Source: an uncultured delta proteobacterium (GTDB taxonomy: Bacteria > Desulfobacterota > RBG-13-43-22). Taken from it: 64,000 nucleotides of DNA. The translations under genes were made by a program, and so were the position numbers. Shown piece after piece: positions 30,464 to 40,805 of the stretch; position 1 is the stretch's first letter, and every line of letters starts with the position of its first letter. The notes beneath the pieces were generated by a model. That model made no database searches. It had not been told where the DNA came from and saw nothing but the letters and a program-made list of their open reading frames with translations. The stretch lies in assembly GCA_963746605.1 (NCBI GenBank), contig CAVVCH010000051.1:6136-70135 (forward strand). The letters run 5' to 3'.

Positions 30464-31382
30464 TTAAAGAAAAAAATCCAGAGCGTTGCGGTTCAGGAAG
30501 CGGTCTAACCTTTCCCGGGAAAGGTCTAGACCGCTGATCCGTTTCAGTTCCCGGTCCCAGTTGTAGGGGATATTGGGGAAATCCGTTCCGTACATAACCC
30601 GGTCGGCTCTGAAGGCCTGGATATCAGGGAAGGCCAACCCGGGGAAAAAGTCGGCCAACATCATGGCGCTGTCCACCCAGAGATTTTCGAAGGTGTTCAA
30701 CAGCCGCTGGTAACCCTCAAATTCATCACATCCCAGGTGGGGGACGCAAACTTTCAGATCAGGGTATTCCCGCAAGACCCGTTCCAGTTTGTCGGCCCGG
30801 CAGATCAGGTACGGGTCGCAGGGATAGGCCGGACTTTTGGGTTCCCGGCCCGCATGCATGACCAGCGGTTTCCGCCGGGCGCTGCAGCGGGTATAGATCA
30901 GCTTCCATGGCCGGTCCGTTCAGGTCGAAGCATTGCACGTGGGCATGCAGCTTGATTCCCTCCAGTCCCAGGTCAAAGGCCTCCTCGATGATCTCCTCCG
31001 CTCCTGCCTCTCCGGGGAAAACCGTTCCCAGAGCGATCAACGCCGGGTATCTCCGGGCCAGCCCGGCCTGAAATTGATTTAACTGTCGGGCGATCCCCGG
31101 GCGGTGGGCGTAGGTCAAGCCTACCAAACGGGTGGCTCCCCGCTCCAGTAAGAATTCGATGACCGCTTCGGAAGACATCCGATAGCGGATCGGCCAGGCA
31201 TGACGGTCAAACCATTTCCAGATGGATTTAAAAAGGTCCTCCGGAAAAAGATGGATATGGGTATCGATGACCGGAGGGAAATGATCCGGTATCCGCTCCC
31301 CATCGGGGTCGTTGAAGCCCGGCTGGGGGGCAGCGAGCAGCCCTTTTTTCTTAGAGTCGTCGGGAAGATTCTTTGGAGGCAT
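30464..31382 (-). pseudogene. Amidohydrolase_2 family metallo-hydrolase, frameshifted as given (near 30880)
   Basis: VIDTHIHL (HxH), GIKLHAH; second frame gives VPHLG, WVDSAM and VMYGTDFPNI. Confidence 0.8.
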
Positions 31383-31526
31383 AAAAACCAATATCCCCTG
31401 GTAACCCCAACCCTCTCCGACGGGGGGAGGGTTGAGGCACCAGGGAACGGATCGAATAGCTGATTTTTTCCAGTGAATGGACAGGACTAAAGGTCACCCG
31501 ATCCTGTCCGGAAGATGGAATGGGAC

Positions 31527-32546
31527 CTATCCGGCCTTGAAGTAGTCGTCCCGGGCCTTCTTGATCTGACGAATATTTTCCAAAGGCGAACGGGGGGCGA
31601 TGCCGCAACCGGGGCAGAGAAAGTCGGTGCCGTTTTCCAGAGCGGCGATGGCTTCCCGGTAGACTTCTTCCGGAGTGCCGCTGAAGAGGGTCGTGGCCGT
31701 GGCCACGTTGCCGAAGATCCGGACGCCCTTCTGGTGGGCGATTTCCGCGGCCCGTTTCATGTCCGCTTTTTCCTCGATGCTGAGGCCGGCGGCACCGGTC
31801 TGACACATCAGTTCGATGATCGAATCCGTATTGGCGCAGACGTGCAGGACCACCGGGCCTTTGATTTGGCTGATGATCTCCTTTTCCAGCGGCAGAACGA
31901 GTTTTTCATAGAGGCGAGGACTCAGCAGGGCCGGACCGGAGGTCGGTTCGGCGAAAACGTAAAAATCCGCCCCGTTGTCAAAGGCGAAATTGGCGGCGGT
32001 GATGGCGGCCTGCGTGGTCACTTCGAAGACCCGGGCTACCAGATCCTGCTTTTTGAAACACCATTTCATGAATTGGTCGGTGCCCACCAGGTTGGCCGCG
32101 GCGGTGAAGGCCCCCTCCGACTCCCCGAAGATGGCCAACCCATCGCCCACCTTGGCCTTAAGCAGCCGGAACTGCTCCTGGTAGACCGGGAAGCGGCCGC
32201 GATTCAAAAAGTCGGCCGGGAATTCCAGGTTGTCCAAGCTGTCGGCGTAGGGATGGGCCTTGATATAGTACTGGCGGTCGATGAGCGGCTCCCCCAACAC
32301 GCACCCCAGCGCATCGCTTAAGGGGGTGATATCCCAGCCCATGGCCTTGACCCATTCGAAGCCACCGTACTGATGGCCGGCGTAGGCCAGTTCGGCCATG
32401 GCCTGCGGATCGGTATCGGCGAGCGGCCGGGCGTATCCGCATTTTTCCATGAAGTCCACCACCCCGTAGGTGGTGGTGCAACCCACCGGGGTCATATCCA
32501 CTTCTTTACCCTGAAGTCGGTTCATTACGCGTTCTTTTAAGGTCAT
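31527..32546 (-). CDS. MtaA/CmuA-family (UroD-like) corrinoid methyltransferase
   Basis: Zn-ligand pattern VVLHVCAN (HxC) and PGCGIAP; EPTSGPALLSP; IFGNV. Confidence 0.85.
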   Translation of the reverse strand: MTLKERVMNRLQGKEVDMTPVGCTTTYGVVDFMEKCGYARPLADTDPQAMAELAYAGHQYGGFEWVKAMGWDITPLSDALGCVLGEPLIDRQYYIKAHPYADSLDNLEFPADFLNRGRFPVYQEQFRLLKAKVGDGLAIFGESEGAFTAAANLVGTDQFMKWCFKKQDLVARVFEVTTQAAITAANFAFDNGADFYVFAEPTSGPALLSPRLYEKLVLPLEKEIISQIKGPVVLHVCANTDSIIELMCQTGAAGLSIEEKADMKRAAEIAHQKGVRIFGNVATATTLFSGTPEEVYREAIAALENGTDFLCPGCGIAPRSPLENIRQIKKARDDYFKAG

Positions 32547-32624
32547 GGTTGCTACTCCTTTTTCCGCTCAAAACCTGCGGAGGTGTAAATCCCTGGTCAT
32601 TTGAGTTTTGGGCATTGCTGTTTG

Positions 32625-32655
32625 TTTCGGATTTCGGATTTCGGATTTCGGATTT
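32625..32655. repeat. (TTTCGGA)x4 half-copy of the 7-bp-unit repeat
   Basis: GTTTCGGATTTCGGATTTCGGATTTCGGATTT between the corrinoid protein and methyltransferase genes. Confidence 0.75.
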
Positions 32656-32658
32656 TAT

Positions 32659-33339
32659 TTAAGCTTGACTCTGCAGTTTACGCAGATTGGCGATCATCCG
32701 GATAGCTTCCTGAACGGCATTGCCCGCGGAATCGGCGTATCCGTCGGCGCCGAAGAGCGTCGCCGTATTCTGGGTAACCGGGGCGCCGCCCAGCATGATC
32801 AGCACGCCGGGGTTTTTCTCCTTGATCATCTCGATCGCCTTTCTCATGCCCATCATGGTGGTGGTCATCATGGCGGAGAGAGCGACGATCTCGGAATCGG
32901 TCCGCACCTGCTCCTGGATGAATTTATCCAGCGGCACGTCGCGCCCCAGATCATGAACGGTGAACCCGGCCACCTCGAACATCATTTTGATGATGTTTTT
33001 GCCGATGTCATGGACGTCGCCCTCCACGGTCCCGATGACCACCTGACCCTTGACCTTGTCGCTCAGGTCCTCCATACGGATGTGGGGTTTCAAGATATCC
33101 AGTCCGGCGTAAAGGGCGTCGGCGGCCAGCAGGAGTTCCGGCACAAAATATTCCTGGCTGTCATAAAGGGCGCCCACCCGTTCCATGCCGGCGGCCACCC
33201 CGTTCATGACCGCGTCGTAGGCGTTGAACCCTTCTTCCAGGGCCTTTTGGGCGGCTTCCACCACCTTCTCTTCGTCCAGTTCCACTACGCCGTCGTGCAG
33301 TTGTTTTAAGAGTTCTTTTCTCCGTTCTTCTCGATCCAT
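32659..33339 (-). CDS. Methyltransferase cognate corrinoid protein (MtaC/MttC-like)
   Basis: B12-binding_2 cap (GMERVGALYDSQEYFVPELL) plus EGDVHDIGKNI (DxHxxG), LSAMMTTT and GGAPV. Confidence 0.9.
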   Translation of the reverse strand: MDREERRKELLKQLHDGVVELDEEKVVEAAQKALEEGFNAYDAVMNGVAAGMERVGALYDSQEYFVPELLLAADALYAGLDILKPHIRMEDLSDKVKGQVVIGTVEGDVHDIGKNIIKMMFEVAGFTVHDLGRDVPLDKFIQEQVRTDSEIVALSAMMTTTMMGMRKAIEMIKEKNPGVLIMLGGAPVTQNTATLFGADGYADSAGNAVQEAIRMIANLRKLQSQA

Positions 33340-33364
33340 AGGAACCATCCTCCAGTAGTTATTT

Positions 33365-34145
33365 CTATTTTCCAATTTGAGATTTATAAAACGCTTCGGT
33401 TGTAAGGGGAGGGCCTTCCTCCGGCACACAACAGCCCAAGGGTTTTAGAAGGGTTTGCCGATCCACGATCTTTCCGGTCTGCGTGTCCACAAAAATGGCC
33501 CAGCCCGCTTCCGGGGAGGCCGGGTGCAAGGCCTCCCGGGGAGGAAAGAAGTTGAAGACATAAACCAGATAATACCGCGGAGGGGCGGTCTTTCGATCCG
33601 GATAAATAATAAGATTTTCGGTCAGGAGTTTATAGCGCTGCTTATGAAAACCGTCTATCGACCGGATCGAAGTTTGAAGGGCCTGTTCCCGGTCGACCTT
33701 CAGGGAGGCCGGGACTTGGATATTCGGGTAAATTACCGATCCGGTGGAGAAGATACGTCCCATGACGATCCAGACTGAAGCCGAGGGAGGATCCGTAAAC
33801 GATAAAGTCCCCGGCGGTTTGCCAGTAGCTGACAAACCAGAGGCCGCCTATTTTTTCGGCCGATTTCAACCTGATTTGCTGCGGGGTGAGCGGCAACAAA
33901 GGACGTAATCGTTCGATGACCATCGGGCCGCTTTGGAAAACCCGGGAACGGGTTTGAGCCCCTTTCAAGGTGACGATCGGGCGGTCGATCCCCCGGATAA
34001 TAACCGGGCTTTGGGTCAGGGGGTCCCGGTTAACTTGAAAATCCTGGCCTTTTAGCCGAATGACTTCAAAATCCCCCGCCGGCAGGCGGCTTGCCAGAAA
34101 GAGGGCCAGCCCGGCGGCAATCCAGTGTGATCTTTTTTTGATAAC
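33365..34145 (-). pseudogene. Exported protein resembling an FTP/PepSY peptidase propeptide, frameshifted as given (near 33765); start uncertain
   Basis: Signal-like HWIAAGLALFLA; VSYWQTAGDFIVYGS and C-terminal YYLVY..GWAIFVDTQTGKIV PepSY-like motif; no HExxH catalytic domain. Confidence 0.45.
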
Positions 34146-34228
34146 GGCCTTCCCCTTCAGCTCCGGGTTTCCCCAGGCGAGTCCGTTAGGATCTGTAAAC
34201 AAATAACCTTGACAAAGCGACACTACAA

Positions 34229-34295
34229 CCGTTCGCCCTGAGCTTGTCGAAGGGTGAACGATACGGCCATGCTTCGACAGGCTCAGCATGAACGG
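34229..34295. repeat. CCGTTCGCCCTGAGC...GCTCAGCATGAACGG palindromic element
   Basis: CCGTTCGCCCTGAGCTTGTCGAAGGG-spacer-TGCTTCGACAGGCTCAGCATGAACGG, inverted arms. Confidence 0.75.
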
Positions 34296-34382
34296 AGATA
34301 CCGCGGCATTGTACAGCTTATTTCTTGACGGGTTCTTAGGTACTTATTTCATTTTCCTGAGAAAATATCTCTAACAATTATT

Positions 34383-34412
34383 CAGCCAAAAATTTAAGAA
34401 ATTTTTGGCTAG
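34383..34412. repeat. CTAG-anchored palindromic element, copy 3 (reverse orientation)
   Basis: Minus strand CTAGCCAAAAATTTCTTAAATTTTTGGCTG; its TAG is the livF stop codon. Confidence 0.85.
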
Positions 34413-35110
34413 ACTTTGACGCTTAAATAACGGTCCTGGATCTCCGGGGCGGCCTCTAATTCGGCCGGTGTCCCTCGATAGACCACGGAACCTTTCTCCA
34501 TGATATAAATGCGATGACAGATGTCTTTAAGGGTCTTGAGGTTCTGTTCCACCAGGAGGATGGTGGTTCCTTTGGCGTTGATGGCTTTTACGGTCTGGCT
34601 GATGGCCTGAACCAGCAAAGGCATGAGTCCTTCCGTGGGTTCATCCAGGAGGATCAATCGAGGCTTGATGATCAGTGCCCGACCGACGGCCAGCATCTGC
34701 TGTTCCCCTCCGGAAAGGGTGCCGGCCTTCTGTTTGAGCCTTTCTTTCAACCGGGGAAAGTAGTCAAATATTTCCTCCAGTGTTTCCGGATCGATCTGTC
34801 CCTGGACGATGGGGATGCGGAGGTTCTCCATGACCGTCAGCTTGGGAAAAAGATGTCGGCCCTGGGGGACATAGGCAATGCCCCGTCGGGGGATCTGATA
34901 CGCCGGCAGACTGGATAACGTTTCCTGATCAAAACGGATTTCTCCGCTCCTAGGCGGAACCAACCCCATAATCGATTTCAAGGTGGTGGTTTTCCCGACC
35001 CCGTTGCGCCCGGCCAGGCCCACCAGTTCCTTTTCTCGAATCTCCAGGGAGGTGTCGTTCAGGACATGGCTCTTGCCGTAATAACAATTTACTTCATTCA
35101 TGAATAACAT
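34409..35110 (-). CDS. livF: HAAT (branched-chain amino acid type) ABC ATPase
   Basis: GRNGVGKTT, YVPQGRHLFPKLTV, LSGGEQQMLAVGRAL, LLDEPTEGL. Confidence 0.9.
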   Translation of the reverse strand: MLFMNEVNCYYGKSHVLNDTSLEIREKELVGLAGRNGVGKTTTLKSIMGLVPPRSGEIRFDQETLSSLPAYQIPRRGIAYVPQGRHLFPKLTVMENLRIPIVQGQIDPETLEEIFDYFPRLKERLKQKAGTLSGGEQQMLAVGRALIIKPRLILLDEPTEGLMPLLVQAISQTVKAINAKGTTILLVEQNLKTLKDICHRIYIMEKGSVVYRGTPAELEAAPEIQDRYLSVKV

Positions 35111-35112
35111 AC

Positions 35113-35153
35113 TAACCCTCAGCCCGCCTTGGGCGCCCGCGGAGCATGAAAAT
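35113..35153 (-). repeat. ~40-bp dispersed repeat, copy 2
   Basis: Reverse complement ATTTTCATGCTCCGCGGGCGCCCAAGGCGGGCTGAGGGTTA resembles 7771-7810. Confidence 0.7.
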
Positions 35154-35173
35154 ATTCTAATTATTCTTCTTTC

Positions 35174-35283
35174 GTAGGGGAGGGGTTAACCCCCTCCCGA
35201 GCTTGGGAACCAAGGGGCCAAATTTTTTCCAGTTGTGTGATCTATGCCAGGCTGATTGGGGAGGGGATGAACCCCTCCCCTAC
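35174..35283. repeat. GTAG-type REP doublet (inverted pair)
   Basis: GTAGGGGAGGGGTTAACCCCCTCCC ... GGGAGGGGATGAACCCCTCCCCTAC between livG and livF. Confidence 0.8.
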
Positions 35284-35319
35284 GCTGACTCCTTGGCCCT
35301 GTTTTTGTCTATTTTCGTA

Positions 35320-36072
35320 TTACTGGCCCAAATAGACCTTTTTAACCTCTTCGTTATTCCTGATTTCCTCCGGGGAACCTTCCGCCAGGATTTCGCCGTA
35401 GTGAAGAACGGAAATCCGATCGGCCAGTTCCATAACCACTCCCATATCATGTTCCACCAGGATAATGGTCTGACCGGACAGCATGGCCCTCATTTTTTTA
35501 ACCAGGGCCATGGATTCCTGCGTGTTGAGACCGGCCGTCGGCTCGTCGAGCAGGAGGAGGTCCGGATCGGTGCTCAGGGCAATGCCCATCTCCAGGATGC
35601 GCTGCTCTCCGTAGGCCAGTTCGGAGCATATCCATTCGGCTTTGTCCTGAAGTCCGGTAAGCTCCAGCATTTGATGGGTCTTGTCCCCGACGTCCCGCCA
35701 TTTATGGGCCCGGATGAAGGGATTGAAAAATTTTTTTCGTGACTGCACGGCCGCCCAGATATTTTCGAAAACCGTCAATCCGGAAAACAGACTGGTAATC
35801 TGCATGGTCCTGGAAATCCCCTGGTGAGAGATCCGGTCCGGGCTGAAGCGGGTAATCTCCCGGTTTTTAAAATAGATCTTTCCCTGGGAGACCGGGTAGA
35901 TGCCGGTAATCAAATTGAGCAGGGTGGTTTTTCCGGCCCCGTTCGGCCCGATCAAAGCCCGCAACTCTCCTTTTTTTACCGATAGATGGGCATTGTTTAT
36001 AGCCAGAAGACCGCCGAAAGACTTGCTGACCTCTTGTACTGCCAAAATAGATTCCGAAGATGATGGGTTCAC
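35320..36072 (-). CDS. livG: HAAT ABC ATPase
   Basis: GPNGAGKTT, ISRTMQITSLF, LAYGEQRILE, LLDEPTAGL, VEHDMGVV. Confidence 0.9.
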   Translation of the reverse strand: MNPSSSESILAVQEVSKSFGGLLAINNAHLSVKKGELRALIGPNGAGKTTLLNLITGIYPVSQGKIYFKNREITRFSPDRISHQGISRTMQITSLFSGLTVFENIWAAVQSRKKFFNPFIRAHKWRDVGDKTHQMLELTGLQDKAEWICSELAYGEQRILEMGIALSTDPDLLLLDEPTAGLNTQESMALVKKMRAMLSGQTIILVEHDMGVVMELADRISVLHYGEILAEGSPEEIRNNEEVKKVYLGQ

Positions 36073-37023
36073 TTATTTCCCTTTTCTTTGCAGAAGGCCG
36101 ACCAGACCTTTGGGAGCCACCAGAACCATAAAGACCAGTACAATCCCGATCACCAGATCGGTGCCTTCCAGGTAGTTAACTAAATAATGTTCCAGCGACA
36201 TGATGATACCCGTTCCCAAAACCGGGCCAAAAAGGGTCCCCATGCCCCCGACAATGGTATAAACCACCGCATGGCCGGAGATCCCCCAATGCAGGAAATT
36301 GGCGGATGAGTATTTAAGGGTCATCGCGTACAACCCCCCCGCGACGCCGCTCAGGCCGCCGGCGATCACGAAAGCCAGCAGCTTGTAGCGCTGGACATTG
36401 TAGCCGATCAATCGTGCCCGATCCTCATTTTCCCGGATGGCGATAAAGACTTTACCCAGCGGCGACTGCACCATGCGTCTCAATAGAAGGAAACAGAGAG
36501 CTACCACGATCAAGACCAGGAAATAATTGGTCTTGATATTCAGGAAATCGATTTTGATCGGGCCTAGGTCAAGCGGGCTGAAAGGGATGGTCAACCCGTC
36601 GGAGCCTCCGGTCACGGAAGTCCAGGTTTCCCCGATGGTGCTGCCGATCAGGGCAAAGATCAGGGTAATAATGACGAAATGGATCCCGGACAGTTTTACG
36701 GAAAAATAGCCCACAAACCAGGCAAAGAGCATGGGAATAATGATGGCCAGGAGGAAGGCCGACCCGGGTCCCAGGCCCAGTTTTGAAACCGGGATGGCGA
36801 CACAATAAGCCCCCAGGCCGAAAAAGAGGGCTTGCCCAAAACTGAGCAGGCCCGTATAGCCGAAAATGAGGTCAAAGGAAACGGCAAAAAGAACCCAGAC
36901 CAGGACTTCGGTCAGAAAGGTCTGGTAGAAGAGATCCACGAAAAAAGGCACAGCGACCAGGACCGCGATGACTATTGAAAAACCCAAGATAAAACCTGCC
37001 GATTTTGGTTGAGGAGTGGACAC
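36073..37023 (-). CDS. livM: HAAT ABC permease
   Basis: GYTGLLSFGQALFFGLGAY, TGGSDG, SPLGKVFIAIRENE, GGMGTLFGPVLG. Confidence 0.9.
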   Translation of the reverse strand: MSTPQPKSAGFILGFSIVIAVLVAVPFFVDLFYQTFLTEVLVWVLFAVSFDLIFGYTGLLSFGQALFFGLGAYCVAIPVSKLGLGPGSAFLLAIIIPMLFAWFVGYFSVKLSGIHFVIITLIFALIGSTIGETWTSVTGGSDGLTIPFSPLDLGPIKIDFLNIKTNYFLVLIVVALCFLLLRRMVQSPLGKVFIAIRENEDRARLIGYNVQRYKLLAFVIAGGLSGVAGGLYAMTLKYSSANFLHWGISGHAVVYTIVGGMGTLFGPVLGTGIIMSLEHYLVNYLEGTDLVIGIVLVFMVLVAPKGLVGLLQRKGK

Positions 37024-37032
37024 GATCGACCC

Positions 37033-37884
37033 CTATTCTCCGAATAGCCCCTGAGGGCGAAACAATAAGACGATGATCATGAAGGCCAGGGAAAAGACGG
37101 TGGCCATGGCCGGGGGAGCAAATATGGACCCCACTCCCTGGATCAGGGAGATAATAATAGCCGCCAGGACCGATCCCTCCAGATTGCCCATACCCCCCAC
37201 GATGACGATAATGAAGGCCATGATGAGGATCTCCCGACCCATCATAAAATCCACATAAACAATGGGAGCCGCCAGAACTCCGGAGAAGGCCGCCAAGGCT
37301 GAACCGAGCACGAAGGTCCACATATAGACCTGATTAACCGGGATACCCAGGGCCACGGCCATCTCCCGATCTTGAACCACGGCCCGCATCCAGAGCCCGT
37401 ACTTGGTTTTGTTTAAGAAAAACCACAGGGCGATCATGACGGCCAACGAGATCAGGGCGATGACGATCCGCATCAGGGGATACTGCAATTCAAAAAGCTG
37501 AAATCGGGCTTCTATGGGAATGTTGATTCGCCGGGGTGTGCCTCCAAAGGTCATGAAGACTAAATGCTGGACGGCCAGCATAATGCCGAAGGTGCAGATG
37601 ATGGTGGTAATGGGCTTATCCTCGATAGTCCGAAGCAGCCCCCGTTCCATGGCCATCCCCATCGCCCCGACAACAACCGGAGCCAGGATCAGGGCGATCC
37701 AGAAGTTTCCGGTCAGGTCAATAAAGTACCAAGCCACCACGGCCCCCAACATATAAAGGACCCCGTGGGCCATGTTGATAATATGCAGGAGGCCAAAAAT
37801 CATGTTCAAGCCCAGGGCGATCAGGGCCATGATCATTCCCCAAATCACCCCGTTTAAGATCGCTACGGCCAGATTGGAAATCAC
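37033..37884 (-). CDS. livH: HAAT ABC permease
   Basis: ALGLNMIFGLLHIINMAHG, TKYGLWMRAV, IVGGMGNLEG, RPQGLFG; GTG start inferred. Confidence 0.9.
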   Translation of the reverse strand: MISNLAVAILNGVIWGMIMALIALGLNMIFGLLHIINMAHGVLYMLGAVVAWYFIDLTGNFWIALILAPVVVGAMGMAMERGLLRTIEDKPITTIICTFGIMLAVQHLVFMTFGGTPRRINIPIEARFQLFELQYPLMRIVIALISLAVMIALWFFLNKTKYGLWMRAVVQDREMAVALGIPVNQVYMWTFVLGSALAAFSGVLAAPIVYVDFMMGREILIMAFIIVIVGGMGNLEGSVLAAIIISLIQGVGSIFAPPAMATVFSLAFMIIVLLFRPQGLFGE

Positions 37885-38006
37885 GATTCCGTATTCCTCT
37901 TTTTTACAATAAACGTATGATCTGAAACCCCCCCCCAACCCTCCTTGAACCAAAGGGAGAAGCAAGGGGGGGATTTATGAATGATTTAAATTGGAACTAT
38001 TTTTGT

Positions 38007-39329
38007 TTAAAGCTTTCCCCTCAGATCAACGGTCGGCTCATACATCAGTTTTTCCTTGGGGATTCGGGCGATCACCTTCAATTTAAGGTCCGGGGTAACC
38101 TCGGAGATATAATGGTCATGGAAACCCTGGTGGTCTTCCTCCCGCATGACCAGATCTCCTTGGGGCGCCCAGGGGCCGGCCTTGATCTTCATCTTGACCA
38201 CGGCCTTGATGAAATCGGTATTTTTGGAGTTGTCCTTCCAGCCCGTCTGTTCCACGCCCATGTTTGATCATGTACGGCGGCGGTCCACATGGACCACATG
38301 TGGGAGTGGGCGCAGGTTATCTTGGGGTCTTTGGTGTCTTTCCCGTCATTCGTGACCCCTACGGCGCTACGATAGGCCTTTTCATAGGCCTGGAGTTCTT
38401 TGGGAACTTGATCAAAATAGCGCGGTTGATATTCGATATAGTGGGCGCCGGCGGATTCTTTTCCCACCACATCCTGGCCGATGCCCTCGGTGCAGCAGAT
38501 TACGGTATAGCGTTTCATTTTTTTGTGGAGGCCGAGTTCAACGGACTGCCGCATGACGCCCAAAGCGGCGGGATTGAGGAAGGCTGTAAAAAGCACATCG
38601 ATATCGGGATCGATTTTCTGCAGGAAAGGGCACAAAGTCCTTGGTGGTCTGGGGAGCGCGGATCCCTTGGATCTTTGCCGCCGGCCGCCTTGACCCGTTT
38701 CCCGAATTCCTCCTCCAGCGAATGCCCCCAGGCATAGTCGGCCACCACAAAGGCCCAGTTTTTGCCTAGGTTCTTAAAACCCCATTCCCATCCGGCCATG
38801 GCCTGCATCAGGGCGTGGGTATGAATGCGAATATAATGAGGGAACGGCGGCCTTTCCGGTCAGGGCCGAGGCCATGGCTCCGCCTCCGAAATAGGGGATC
38901 TTGTATTGTTCGGCAATGGGAAAGCAGGCCAATTGGATCCCGGAATGGATGGAACCCATGATAAAATCGACCTTATCTTCCAGGACCAATTTTTTGAACA
39001 TCTGGGCCCCATGGGCGGGGTTGAATTTCGTGTCGTAATCGATGAGTTCTACTTTTCGACCGGCAATGCCTCCTTCGGCATTCAGTTTGGCCACGGCGGC
39101 CTTGCCTACCTTGTCCATCCAGTAGCCGTATTCAGTGGCCCCCACCGTCAGTTCCTGAATCATGCCGATCTTGATCGGTTTCTCCGCTCCATAGGTGAAC
39201 GGCGTAAAGACCCAGGAACTGAGGCCCAAGCCGGCTGCTCCGACCGCCGCTGTTTTCAAGAAATTCCGGCGGCTGACCCCTTGTTGTTCCGTAACGGTTT
39301 CGGCTGGCAGCTACTTGTTTGGTTTCCAT
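38007..39329 (-). pseudogene. livK: HAAT ABC substrate-binding protein with Tat signal, frameshifted as given (about 5 indels)
   Basis: SRRNFLKTAA twin-arginine signal; IKIGMIQELT, LNAEGGIAGRKVEL, VADYAWGHS and TKDFVPFLQKI pieces spread over ORFs 39132..39329, 38774..39259, 38515..38808, 38189..38635 and 38007..38261. Confidence 0.8.
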
Positions 39330-39467
39330 ATCCTCTCCTCGTAGCCATCAAAAAAGTTATGGTGAATGAATCAATAGCCCTTTCTTAATAAAAGCCGGTT
39401 AAAAGAAAAAATCACCTCCTTCGATCTTCCGGTCATATCAATAGTTGCCGTAATGAATCCCTTCTGA

Positions 39468-40790
39468 TTATGACTTTTCGGGAAGCGCCTGATCAATCAG
39501 TTCAATCAGATCAATCAGTTTCATGGAGCTGCCCAGGGCCTGAGATCCTTGGTTTAAGTTAAAATGGCAGAAGGGGCAGATGGAGATCATGTGCTCGGCC
39601 CCGGTATCCAGCCCTTCCTGGATACGGAGGGCGGCATTGCGCTGGGCCCAATCCGGGAACCCGGTCATGACCCCGCCGCCGCCGCCGCAGCAGAAGGAAT
39701 TGGCCCGGGTCCGTTCCATTTCCACCAGCTCAATACCGGGGATGGCCTTCAAGAGGTCCCGGGGAATATCATAAAGGCAATCCTCTTCGTTCAGATTGAT
39801 ATAGGCCCCGGGCCAGAGCTGGGAGCCGTCTTCGTCCACCAGGTATTTGGTCAAATGCCGGCCCGCGTGGCAGGGGTCATGGTAGGTGACTTTCATGGGG
39901 AGCGGTTGGGAAAAAGTCAATCGGCCGGCCTGGTGCAGTTCGCTGAGAAACTGCGTCACATGGATGACCCGGATACCCTGCATCAGCTCCTCGTATTCCC
40001 CGGCCAGGGAGTAATCCTTGAGGATGGCCCGGTAGCAGCCGGCACAGGCGGTGACGATCGTCTCGACCCCCCGGGTTTCACGCAGATTTTTGAAGGTCTG
40101 CAGATTGACTTCGGCCACCCGTTTAAAGGCCTCGGCATCGCCCAAACGCATGGCCGTGGAGCCGCAGCAGAGTTCGTTTTCGCCCAGGATGCCGAAATCC
40201 ACTCCCAGTTTCTGAAAGACCGAGGCCGTGGCCTGAGGCAGGACCCGGGCCGGGAGGTTGTAGGCGCCGGTGCACCCCACAAAGTACAAAACCGGAGCCG
40301 GTTCCTTATTGATATCCTTGATGGGCCGTTTTTCTTTCTTGAAGGACCGGGTCCAATCCCAGCGGACCCGCCTGGGGCCCTGGTAGGGATTGTCGTAACT
40401 CTTAAGCGACTGGGCGATGACCTTCTGCTGGGGCAGGGGGCCGGCGCCGGCCTCCACGGCTTTCCGCCGCAGGGCTTCAAAAATTTCCGGGATATGGGGC
40501 TTGTGGTCAAGCTGGCACTGGGTCTGGCAACCGGCGCAGAGGGTGCAGCGGTAAACGGCCTCGGCCAGGTCGTCGTCCCATTCCAGTTCGCCGCTGAGAA
40601 TGCCCCGGGCAAAGGCGATTTTCCCCTTGGAGGCCATAAAACCTTCAAAGCCGAATTCCGTCCCCGAGGGGCAGATTTCCCGGCAGCGGGAGGGGGGGCC
40701 GTATTCGTAGGTTACTTTACAGGTCCCGCAGGCCGTGCAGCGCCAGATGGCGTCTTCCAGTTCTTCCAGCGAAGGGATATTCCAATGCAT
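39468..40790 (-). CDS. (Fe-S)-binding CCG-domain protein (GlcF/HdrD-like)
   Basis: CTACGTC..CREICP and CTLCAGCQTQC ferredoxin motifs; LCCGS, YHDPCHAGR and FCCGGGGG CCG domains. Confidence 0.9.
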   Translation of the reverse strand: MHWNIPSLEELEDAIWRCTACGTCKVTYEYGPPSRCREICPSGTEFGFEGFMASKGKIAFARGILSGELEWDDDLAEAVYRCTLCAGCQTQCQLDHKPHIPEIFEALRRKAVEAGAGPLPQQKVIAQSLKSYDNPYQGPRRVRWDWTRSFKKEKRPIKDINKEPAPVLYFVGCTGAYNLPARVLPQATASVFQKLGVDFGILGENELCCGSTAMRLGDAEAFKRVAEVNLQTFKNLRETRGVETIVTACAGCYRAILKDYSLAGEYEELMQGIRVIHVTQFLSELHQAGRLTFSQPLPMKVTYHDPCHAGRHLTKYLVDEDGSQLWPGAYINLNEEDCLYDIPRDLLKAIPGIELVEMERTRANSFCCGGGGGVMTGFPDWAQRNAALRIQEGLDTGAEHMISICPFCHFNLNQGSQALGSSMKLIDLIELIDQALPEKS

Positions 40791-40805
40791 ACCAACCTCC
40801 AAAAC

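Noticed and set aside
31527-33339. Pyrrolysine or selenocysteine read-through in the corrinoid/methyltransferase or redox genes
   Set aside because: No in-frame internal TAG/TGA in these ORFs and no MttB/MtmB/MtbB gene; breaks elsewhere are indels, not stops
34146-34289. N-terminal ORF extensions such as MLSLSKHGR (34289), MPANEKLSV (9069) and MLRVSNF (47035)
   Set aside because: They are translations of intergenic repeat elements; downstream starts fit better
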